Assembly: GCA_052386995.1 (NCBI GenBank)
Contig: JBQTJP010000320.1
Coordinates: 1-11,868 of the forward strand
Origin: Armatimonadota bacterium
GTDB taxonomy: Bacteria; Sysuimicrobiota; Sysuimicrobiia; Sysuimicrobiales; Humicultoraceae
Direction: 5' to 3'
Length of the DNA: 11,868 nt
This document shows, one piece after another, positions 1 through 6,700 of the stretch. The position numbers were made by a program, and so were the translations under genes. The notes below the pieces were generated by a model. That model was not told the DNA's origin, ran no database searches, and saw only the letters and a program-made list of their open reading frames with translations. Each line of letters begins with the position of its first letter. Position 1 is the stretch's first letter.

Positions 1-2
1 GC

Positions 3-338
3 GGAGACGTTGGATTCCGCGGCGGCCGGAGATTCGGCAAGGTGCTCTCCGCCACCGAGACCGTCGCCGCCTGGGTGGCCCTGAATCGCTGCGCGTCACC
101 ACCCGCGGTCGCGCTGGAGCCGGATCGCGATCCCCAGGATGGCACGCGCGTCCGCCGGGAGGCGTACGGATCGTGCGGGGAGGGCAGCGAGGTCGTCCTG
201 TACGCCGTGGAAGGTGGCGGACACACCTGGCCCGGGGGTCAGCAGTACCTGCCTGAGCGCGTCATCGGCCGGACCAGCCGGGACATCGACGCCAACGAGG
301 TCCTCTGGGCTTTCTTCAAGAAGCACGCGATTCGCTGA
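3..338 (+). CDS. C-terminal part of an LpqC / polyhydroxybutyrate-depolymerase-like alpha/beta-hydrolase esterase (5' end outside window)
   Basis: The frame is open from base 3 (GDVGFRGGRRFGKVLSATETVAAWVALNRC...). It contains V-EGGGHTWPGG (catalytic His motif) and the ending IDANEVLWAFF, both typical of the LpqC/PHB depolymerase family. Stop TGA at 336-338. Confidence 0.8.
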   Translation, partial: GDVGFRGGRRFGKVLSATETVAAWVALNRCASPPAVALEPDRDPQDGTRVRREAYGSCGEGSEVVLYAVEGGGHTWPGGQQYLPERVIGRTSRDIDANEVLWAFFKKHAIR

Positions 339-369
339 GGGGCGCCGCGCGCCGACCGAGCGCGCCGGC

Positions 370-1635
370 TCAGGGGAGCGCGTTCTGCTGGCAAATCTCG
401 CCGTAGAGCGCCGCGCTTGGCCTCGCGGTGCGGACCTGGGTCGTCGTGTCGAGCGCGTGAAGGCCAAAGCGCAACGTCCATCCGTCGGCCCATTCGAAGT
501 TGTCCACGATCGCCCAGTGGTAGTAGCCGAGCACCGGACAGCCTTCTCCAATCGCCTGGAGGACGCGCCGCAGATGTTCGACGATGAACCCCGGGCGGAG
601 ATCGTCGTCCACGTCCGGCAGGCCATTCTCTGTGATGTAGATCGGGAGATCGTACCGGCGCGCGCGACGGAGCACAGCCAGAAGGCCATCGGGGAAGATC
701 TCGCTGTCGGTGGCATCGCTCACGACCGCGCCGGGATCCACCTCGGGCCGGGCGAACAAGTGCCTCGGACGTCTGATATCAAACGCGACGCGGCTCCGTG
801 TGTAATAGTTCACGCCCAGGAAGTCGAGCGTGGGACCCTTGTGCCGCAAGCGCACCCGCAGCCCGAAGGGGCCTACGAAACGCCCCGTCACGAGGGCATC
901 GAGATACATCCAGTTGATCAGATGATCCAGCCGGACCGCCAGCAGCCTGTCGAGTAGCGAGTCCGGATTTGCGGGCTGAAACGGCCGGAGGTAGGCCGCT
1001 ATGCTCACGCGAGCGGCGGACTGGACCTCGTGGATGGCCCGATATGCCGCCTCATGCGCGCGCATCGATCGGAGCAGCGCGGCGAGGAACGCCACGGGAC
1101 TCGTGCGGCCGGGGGGGAATCGACCAAGAACGTACGCGGCGAACAAGTGCCCCACCGGCTCATTGAGCGTGATCCAGACATCGACCAGACCCGCGGCCGC
1201 GCGGGCGACCCGGGCCGCGTATCGCGCAAACGCGGGAACGATCCCGTCCCACAGCCACCCACCGCGCTCGGCGACCCATTGGGGCAGCGTGAAATGGTTG
1301 AGCGTCACCAGCGGTTCCATGCCGCGAGCGCGCAGCCCGCTGAGCATCTCCAGATAGCGCGCCTCCGCCGAAGCGTCCCATACGCCCTGGCGCGGCTCGA
1401 GCCGGCTCCATTCGATCGAGACGCGAGCCGCGTTCTGGTAGAGGCCGGCCATCAAGTCGAAGTCGCGCTCGGCGTTGCGCCACCAATCGCACGCCAGGCC
1501 CGATCGGTGGCCGTAGGCGATCCTCCCGGGCTCCTGTTCCCAGAGCCACCAGTCGCTGTCGGTATTCTCTCCCTCGAACTGATAGGCGCTGCTCGCCGTC
1601 CCCCAGCGGAAGCCGTTTGGAAAACTAGAGCTCAC
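370..1635 (-). CDS. Glycoside hydrolase family 1 (beta-glucosidase-like), 421 aa
   Basis: N-terminal GH1 signature FPNGFRWGTASSAYQFEG, SIEWSR, acid/base motif TLNEP, nucleophile motif YITENG, and DNFEWADG. Start reassigned to GTG at 1635 with SD GGAGG (1643-1647) 7 nt upstream. The ORF-track extension to 2391 is antisense to the MFS gene. Confidence 0.95.
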   Translation of the reverse strand: MSSSFPNGFRWGTASSAYQFEGENTDSDWWLWEQEPGRIAYGHRSGLACDWWRNAERDFDLMAGLYQNAARVSIEWSRLEPRQGVWDASAEARYLEMLSGLRARGMEPLVTLNHFTLPQWVAERGGWLWDGIVPAFARYAARVARAAAGLVDVWITLNEPVGHLFAAYVLGRFPPGRTSPVAFLAALLRSMRAHEAAYRAIHEVQSAARVSIAAYLRPFQPANPDSLLDRLLAVRLDHLINWMYLDALVTGRFVGPFGLRVRLRHKGPTLDFLGVNYYTRSRVAFDIRRPRHLFARPEVDPGAVVSDATDSEIFPDGLLAVLRRARRYDLPIYITENGLPDVDDDLRPGFIVEHLRRVLQAIGEGCPVLGYYHWAIVDNFEWADGWTLRFGLHALDTTTQVRTARPSAALYGEICQQNALP

Positions 1636-1677
1636 AGGGGCGCCTCCGGCGATCGTTGAAATCCCGCGGGGGAGTCG

Positions 1678-1705
1678 CTTCCGGTCCCGCCGGAGCCGTT
1701 CCTTC
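1678..1705 (-). promoter_or_regulatory. Putative SigH-type promoter for the GH1 gene (GAAGGA-N18-GAAG)
   Basis: On the minus strand, AGGA is at 1703-1700, followed by an 18-nt spacer and GAAG at 1681-1678 (one mismatch to GAAT). It lies about 42 nt upstream of the GTG start. Confidence 0.5.
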
Positions 1706-1728
1706 CACGCGTCCAAAGGGGTGACCCG

Positions 1729-2964
1729 GTGAGCATGCGAGGGCGCTTGGGCACGAGCGATTTGCTGTGGCTGAGCCTGTATTGGTTTGGCCTCAACTTC
1801 CACTGGGGCGCGCTGCTTGGGATCGTCATCCCGGCCGAGGTGCTGCGCTTTGTGTCCGATGCGGACAAAGGCCGCGCGCTTTCGATCGTGTTCGCGGGTG
1901 GGGCCGCCATCGCCATGCTGGTGATGCCGATCGCCGGCGCGCTCTCCGATCATGGCCGATTTGCCCTGGGCCGCCGCCGGCCCTACATGCTGATCGGCGG
2001 AGTTCTCAACGTCGCCGCGCTGTTCCTGATGAGCGGGGCGCCGAGCTTCGCGGCATTCATCGCCGCCTACTGGCTTGTCCAGTTCTCCAACAACTTTGGG
2101 GGATCGGCGTACAGCGGCCTCATCCCAGATCTCGTTCCTGCCGACCAGCGCGGCATCGCATCGGGCTGGATGGGGCTGATGACGATGCTGGGCACCATCG
2201 TGGGCGCGGTGGCAACGGGTATGCTGGTGCAGCGCGGATACCGCTTCGAGAGCTACGTGCTCATCGCGGCCGTGGTTGTCGTTACGCTGGCGCTCACCGT
2301 CTGGATGGTGCGGGAAGATACACCCCGGCCGGCCGGGCCGCTGCGCATCGGCTCGTTGCTGCGCAATCTGTGGGTCAATCCCAAAGAGCACCCTGATTTC
2401 GCGTGGCTCTTTGCCTCCCGACTCGTCGTGCTCATGGGGTTCTATACCGTGTACGACTTTGCCCAGTTCTTCCTCAAAGACTTCATGCGCGTCGAGCGCT
2501 TCGTGGAAGCGACGGGAACGCTCAACGCGGTCGTGGTTGCCGGGGCCCTGGCGAGCGCCCTGGTGGGCGGATGGCTCTCCGACCGCGCCGGGCGCCGTGG
2601 CATCGTCTCCGGTGCGGGCGTGCTCATGGCGTCGGCCATGCTGCTGTTTCTCGTCTCGCCCACGTTCGAGTTGCTGTTGATCCTGGCCGTGGTCTTCGGC
2701 CTGGGATACGGGGCGTTTGTCAGCGTGGACTGGGCGCTGGCGACCGATGTCCTTCCCTCAAAAGCCGCCGCGGGCAAAGACCTGGGGATCTGGGGGATCG
2801 CCGCCACGCTGCCGCAGGTGCTCGCGCCGCTGGTGGGCGGGCCGCTGCTCGACGCGTTCAACCGCAGAGAGCCCAACTTCGGCTACATCGTCCTGCTCGC
2901 CGCCGGGGCCGGCTACCTGCTGCTCGGCTCGGTCCTGGTGTGGAAGATTCGGGGCGTGAGATGA
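1729..2964 (+). CDS. Major facilitator superfamily transporter, probably sugar/glycoside
   Basis: About 12 hydrophobic segments. MFS motif A occurs twice (GALSDHGRFALGRRRPY and GWLSDRAGRR), and RRRPY is typical of sucrose/maltose-type MFS proteins. SD-like AAAGGGGTGA upstream; start is GTG 1729 or ATG 1735. Divergent from the GH1 gene. Confidence 0.92.
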   Translation: MSMRGRLGTSDLLWLSLYWFGLNFHWGALLGIVIPAEVLRFVSDADKGRALSIVFAGGAAIAMLVMPIAGALSDHGRFALGRRRPYMLIGGVLNVAALFLMSGAPSFAAFIAAYWLVQFSNNFGGSAYSGLIPDLVPADQRGIASGWMGLMTMLGTIVGAVATGMLVQRGYRFESYVLIAAVVVVTLALTVWMVREDTPRPAGPLRIGSLLRNLWVNPKEHPDFAWLFASRLVVLMGFYTVYDFAQFFLKDFMRVERFVEATGTLNAVVVAGALASALVGGWLSDRAGRRGIVSGAGVLMASAMLLFLVSPTFELLLILAVVFGLGYGAFVSVDWALATDVLPSKAAAGKDLGIWGIAATLPQVLAPLVGGPLLDAFNRREPNFGYIVLLAAGAGYLLLGSVLVWKIRGVR

Positions 2965-2990
2965 TGCGCAGTACGCAACGGCCGGAGAAG

Positions 2991-3025
2991 TATGGTATCA
3001 TATGTCTAAGGGAATATAAGGAGGT
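2991..3025 (+). promoter_or_regulatory. Extended -10 promoter, possible operator and RBS of the RHH-RelE/ParE operon
   Basis: AT-rich patch. TG-g-TATCAT at 2993-3001, inverted repeat TATG-N4-CATA at 2991-3002, CATATG at 2999-3004, and SD AAGGAGGT at 3018-3025. Confidence 0.65.
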
Positions 3026-3030
3026 GCTGC

Positions 3031-3312
3031 GTGCAAAAAGTCACGCTTACGCTCGACGCCCAAACCCTTGGACGGCTCAGGCGTCTGGCCCGACCCAGAG
3101 CGGGCAACAAGAGCTTCGTCGTCCGAGAGGCGATCCGCTTGATGTGGGAAAACGACGCACTGGAAGAACGCCTTGAAAAGATCGAAGCCGATCCGGCCTT
3201 CCAGGCGAGCATGGCGCGCGCGCTTCGAGACATCAAAGAAGGGAGGGTTATCCCGCACGAAGAGGTCATGCGGAGAGCTGGTCTCCGCCGGAGAACCCCG
3301 CGGAGGAAATGA
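3031..3312 (+). CDS. Ribbon-helix-helix (CopG/ParD-like) antitoxin, 93 aa
   Basis: N-terminal beta strand KVTLTLD followed by helices (LRRLA...NKSFVVREAI). The C-terminal 'DIKEGRVIPHEEV' motif is common in RelE/ParE-associated antitoxins. Strong SD; abuts the toxin gene. Confidence 0.8.
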   Translation: MQKVTLTLDAQTLGRLRRLARPRAGNKSFVVREAIRLMWENDALEERLEKIEADPAFQASMARALRDIKEGRVIPHEEVMRRAGLRRRTPRRK

Positions 3313-3561
3313 GTGGCTCGTCTGGTCTGGTCGCCCGAAGCCACAGGCATTCTTCTGACACTTCCAGCCCCTGTGCGCGCAGACATCGACGCGAAAACTC
3401 AATATCTCTACGATTTCCCCGACATGTACCCGGTGCGGAGGCGAGGGCGGTTCCGTGGACAGAGATTCTTGGTGGCGTTTGACTGGCTCGTGTATTACAT
3501 CGTCATGCCAGAGCAGGTCACGATCACGACAATAGGCCACGCCCGGCGGCGAGGAGCGTAG
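3313..3561 (+). CDS. Type II toxin, RelE/ParE superfamily, 82 aa
   Basis: Pattern RLVWSPEA...LYDFPDMYP...R.LV...WLVYY.V....VTITTIGHARR matches RelE/ParE toxins. GTG directly follows the antitoxin TGA, with SD GGAGG at 3302-3306. Confidence 0.85.
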   Translation: MARLVWSPEATGILLTLPAPVRADIDAKTQYLYDFPDMYPVRRRGRFRGQRFLVAFDWLVYYIVMPEQVTITTIGHARRRGA

Positions 3562-3563
3562 CG

Positions 3564-4295
3564 CTGAGCACGTTTTCTGCTTCCGTGGAAGTCGGCCGCG
3601 ACCGGTGGTGTACCGTGTGGGTCCCACAGCTCTTGGGCCTGTTTGTAAACGCGCCTTCGGAGCGGGCGGGCATGCGGGCACTCCCTGACGCGATCGCGGC
3701 ATACTGCGCCTGGCTGGCCGGGCACGGTGAGCCAATCCGTCGGCCGCGGATCGTCCGCGTCAAGGTCATCGAACGCCACCAGGTGCGTGCCGGCATGCGG
3801 TGGGGAGGCTACGACGCCCTTCATACATTCGAGCGCAGGCCCGTCACGCCAGAGGAAGTCGCGCGAGCGATGCGCTGGATGGGAATCCTGAGAAGCGAGA
3901 CACTGGGGTTCGTTCACTCGCTGCCGCGCGGCGCGCTGCGCTGGACCCGTCCGGGGCAGGCGCGAACCATCAAGCAGCATCTTCAGCACATTGCGCGCGC
4001 GGAACGTTGGTATCTGCAGCGCGTGGCGCTGGGACCGTTCCCCGATCTCGGTCGCACCACGAATCCGGTCGAACGGCTCGCGCGCGTACGGATCCTGGTC
4101 GGCTGGCGGCTGCTGCGCCTGTCGCCCGAGGAATGCGCCAGGATCGTCCAGACCGACCGCAAGTGGTGGAGCGCGCGCAAGATGCTCGGCCGCTTCCTCT
4201 ACCACGAGCGCTATCATCTGCGCTCGATGGCGCGCATCGCGCGCTACCACGAGGCCCGGGTCCCCGATGGGCTGGGCGGATGGCTGCGCTACTGA
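3564..4295 (+). CDS. HicB-like N-terminal domain fused to a DinB/YfiT-like domain, about 243 aa (probable CTG start; alternative GTG at 3585)
   Basis: The N-terminus (M)STFSASVEVGRDRWCTVWVPQLLGLFVNAPSERAGMRALPDAIAAY..WL..HGE resembles the HicB partial RNase H fold. The C-terminal half has DinB motifs TIKQHLQHIARAERWY and WSARKMLGRFLYHERYH (His triad). SD GAGGAG at 3551-3556 lies 7 nt before the in-frame CTG. Confidence 0.72.
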   Translation: MSTFSASVEVGRDRWCTVWVPQLLGLFVNAPSERAGMRALPDAIAAYCAWLAGHGEPIRRPRIVRVKVIERHQVRAGMRWGGYDALHTFERRPVTPEEVARAMRWMGILRSETLGFVHSLPRGALRWTRPGQARTIKQHLQHIARAERWYLQRVALGPFPDLGRTTNPVERLARVRILVGWRLLRLSPEECARIVQTDRKWWSARKMLGRFLYHERYHLRSMARIARYHEARVPDGLGGWLRY

Positions 4296-5047
4296 TGTCA
4301 AGCCATTTCACGGCCATCGGGTTTCCCGTCCGCCAGATGCCAGAATACCTGGCGCTGGCGGCGCGGGCAGCGCGCTCGGGCGAGCGGATCGGAGCGGCAC
4401 GCGGGCGTACGATCGTGCGTTGGGCCCCGGGCGGTGGGCCGGAAATTTGGGCGCAGGTCACGGAGACGGGCGAGCCCGTCGTCGCGACGCCCTTCTTTGC
4501 CAGCGACGACACCTACCGGATTGCCATCACCGGCACCGGCATCTCCGATGACGATGGGTTCGAGGGGTGGATCGACGGCTGGCTCAATCCGACCGAAGAC
4601 GACGAGCCCTACTCCGGAGTCTTCCCCCTGCGGGTCGACCTGGTGAACTTTCCGCTGGTGCAGGCGGCCGCGAAGCCCGGGGCGGTCGCAACGGTGCGCC
4701 TCGCGGTGATCCTCTTTGAGGCGAGTCTGTATCCCGATGCTCAGGCGTATCTCGCGGTCCAGAGCCTGTCGTACCGGCCGCCGGTGCCGTCGTTCAGTTC
4801 GAGTATGCATTTCGGCCTCGACGATCCAGACACCGATGCCGAAGCCACGGCGTTGGTCACGGGATTCCTGAACGAAGCGCGCGAGCTGACCAACCCCGCC
4901 ACCGGCGCCGCGTTCTGGTGGCTCCGCACCGCGACGAACGCCGTACCATTCACGCTGACCGCCGCCCGTGAGATGCTGCCCGTTGATCCACAGGCCGGTC
5001 AGGTGCTCTCGGGCAGCGGCTGGGTCTTGGGGGAACTGCTAACCTAG
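4295..5047 (+). CDS. Hypothetical protein, DUF3881-like, 250 aa
   Basis: The ATG overlaps the upstream stop (TGATG, 4293-4297). N-terminal 'SHFTAIGF' and C-terminal 'TG...E.RELTNPATG..FWW...P.AGQVLSG.GWVLG' resemble the DUF3881 family as I recall it. The ORF-track extension to 3800 overlaps the real upstream gene. Confidence 0.65.
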   Translation: MSSHFTAIGFPVRQMPEYLALAARAARSGERIGAARGRTIVRWAPGGGPEIWAQVTETGEPVVATPFFASDDTYRIAITGTGISDDDGFEGWIDGWLNPTEDDEPYSGVFPLRVDLVNFPLVQAAAKPGAVATVRLAVILFEASLYPDAQAYLAVQSLSYRPPVPSFSSSMHFGLDDPDTDAEATALVTGFLNEARELTNPATGAAFWWLRTATNAVPFTLTAAREMLPVDPQAGQVLSGSGWVLGELLT

Positions 5048-5632
5048 AATGAGCCCTTCATCCACTCGCCGATAGTCGTAGAGCTCCTCCGGATCAAACC
5101 ACAATCCGATCTCGAACGCGGCTTCCTCAAGCGAGCCGGAGGCGTGCACGAGATTCCGCACGGGCCGCTTCTGGAGATTGGCGACCGCGGGGGAGTCGGC
5201 GGAGAAGTCGCCCCGGATCGTGCCGGGTGCGGCGCGATATGGCAACGTGTCGCCGACGAGCTTGCGGGTCACGGCGACCGCATGGGTCCCCTCGAGGACG
5301 AAAGCGACGACCGGACCGGAAGCCACGAAATCAATCAGCCACTGCCGCACCTGGCGGCCGATCGCCAGGGCGTCGTCGGTGCCGGTGGCCTTGCGGACAT
5401 CGAGCCCCGCTGTCTGGAATGCCTCCAGCGTCTTGCCCCCGATCGTGCGCAGGAAACCCTCGTCCGAGGGGTAATGGCGGCCGAGCAGATCCGCAGTCGC
5501 GCGCAGCATCTTCAGGCCGATCACCCTCAGGCCGGTCCGCTCGAACCGCCCGATGACTTCACCCGTGAGCCCACGCTGAACCCCATCCGGCTTGAGGAAC
5601 ACCAGGGTTCGTTCCGATCGCGCGTCGGGCAT
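5039..5632 (-). CDS. ndk: Nucleoside diphosphate kinase, long insertion-containing type, 197 aa
   Basis: Motifs ERTLVFLKPDGVQRGL, SGPVVAFVLEG, PGTIRGDF and active-site NLVHASGS. ATG at 5632 with SD GGAGGT upstream. Overlaps the convergent gene by 9 bp. Confidence 0.95.
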   Translation of the reverse strand: MPDARSERTLVFLKPDGVQRGLTGEVIGRFERTGLRVIGLKMLRATADLLGRHYPSDEGFLRTIGGKTLEAFQTAGLDVRKATGTDDALAIGRQVRQWLIDFVASGPVVAFVLEGTHAVAVTRKLVGDTLPYRAAPGTIRGDFSADSPAVANLQKRPVRNLVHASGSLEEAAFEIGLWFDPEELYDYRRVDEGLILG

Positions 5633-5658
5633 CGCCCACCTCCCAGCAGAGAGACCCT

Positions 5659-5668
5659 TATAATGGTA
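5659..5668. promoter_or_regulatory. Overlapping divergent -10 elements (candidate bidirectional promoter) for the DUF3048 gene and ndk
   Basis: Perfect TATAAT on + at 5659-5664 and TACCAT on - at 5668-5663, inside a 43-bp intergenic gap. Confidence 0.55.
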
Positions 5669-5675
5669 CCCGACG

Positions 5676-6692
5676 ATGAGCCTCCGGGAACGACTCGCCA
5701 TCCTGGCTGCGAGCGTCGCCGTCGTGCTGGCAGCCGCGGTGGTCGCCTGGCGCGGACAGATGATCCCCTACCGCATTTGGGTCGAGCTGCGCCCGGTCTC
5801 GCTGCCTATGCCGGCGGCGCGGCGCGTGTTCGCACCGGGCGAAGATGGAGTCGCGCCCCTGCTCATCGTCGTCGAGAACACGCCCGAGGCGCGGCCGCAG
5901 TCCGGGCTCGCCGACGCGTGCCTGGTCTACGCCGTGCCGACCGAAGCACGCATCACGCGGTTTCTCGCAACGTTCTGCGACGCTGTGCCCAGAGCCGTCG
6001 GGCCGGTACGCAGTGTCAGACGGTACATGCTGGACATCGCCGTTGACCTGGGCGCGATCCTGGTGCATGCCGGCTACAGCGGCGAATCGCTTGCGCACAT
6101 CCGCGCCCGAAAGATTCCGGTCATCAATCAGTTCTGGACGCCCGGGCCGTTCTGGCGCGATGACGCGCGCCGGATGCCGCACAATCTCTACACGGGCGTC
6201 GACCGCCTGCGCGCTGAACTCGAGAGTCACCCTATCGGCCTGCGGCCGCGGGGCGTCCCCTACGCGTTTGGGCAACCGTCTACGGGTGGCGCGCGCGCCA
6301 CTGCGGTCACGCTCGACTACGGCCCGCTCTACGCGGTGCGCTACCGTTACGACGCGCTGCGGCGCCGGTACACGCGCGAGCAGGACGGCCGGCCCCACGT
6401 CGATGCCAACGGCAGGTCGATCGTGCCGACCTCCGTGCTCGTCCTCTTCGTTCGATGGTGGGAGGTCCAGGAGCCGACAGGCCCGAGCAGCAAGATCGAA
6501 CTGACCGGCAGCGGGCGTCTTGCGGTGTTGGCCCAGGGCCGGCTCATCGAGGGCACGTGGAGCCGGGCCGGTCTCGGCCCACTCGCGCTCCGTGTTGGCA
6601 CCGAGCCTGTCGTCATTCCGCGCGGCCCGGTGTGGATCGAGTTGTTTCCCACCGACCGGCCGTTCACGGTGCAGGGCGAGCCACAGAACTGA
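5676..6692 (+). CDS. DUF3048 domain protein (YerB-like), N-terminally membrane-anchored, 338 aa
   Basis: Family motifs VVENTPEARPQSGL..A.LVY....E..ITRF, GPVRSVR, HAGYS, R.MPHNLY and G.LIEGTW. Hydrophobic N-terminal segment without a lipobox Cys. Confidence 0.88.
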   Translation: MSLRERLAILAASVAVVLAAAVVAWRGQMIPYRIWVELRPVSLPMPAARRVFAPGEDGVAPLLIVVENTPEARPQSGLADACLVYAVPTEARITRFLATFCDAVPRAVGPVRSVRRYMLDIAVDLGAILVHAGYSGESLAHIRARKIPVINQFWTPGPFWRDDARRMPHNLYTGVDRLRAELESHPIGLRPRGVPYAFGQPSTGGARATAVTLDYGPLYAVRYRYDALRRRYTREQDGRPHVDANGRSIVPTSVLVLFVRWWEVQEPTGPSSKIELTGSGRLAVLAQGRLIEGTWSRAGLGPLALRVGTEPVVIPRGPVWIELFPTDRPFTVQGEPQN

Positions 6693-6700
6693 CGGCGGCG

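Noticed and set aside
339..369. GCGCGC-N7-GCGCGC hairpin between the convergent esterase and GH1 genes
   Set aside because: The stem is short and GC-only with no U-tract on either strand, so it is likely by chance at this GC content.
139..1659. Long + strand ORFs (139..957, 1030..1659) and other shadow ORFs such as 3495..4301, 5144..6046, 6455..7537 and 7829..8809
   Set aside because: These are antisense or off-frame shadows of well-supported genes, expected in GC-rich DNA, and carry no recognisable motifs.
1636..2391. 252-aa N-terminal extension of GH1 in the ORF track (673 aa)
   Set aside because: It is antisense to the MFS gene. GH1 homology begins right after GTG 1635, which has a good SD.
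3800..4294. Upstream half of the 415-aa ORF 3800..5047
   Set aside because: This is an Arg/Ala-rich off-frame read of the HicB-DinB gene. The TGATG coupling marks 4295 as the start.
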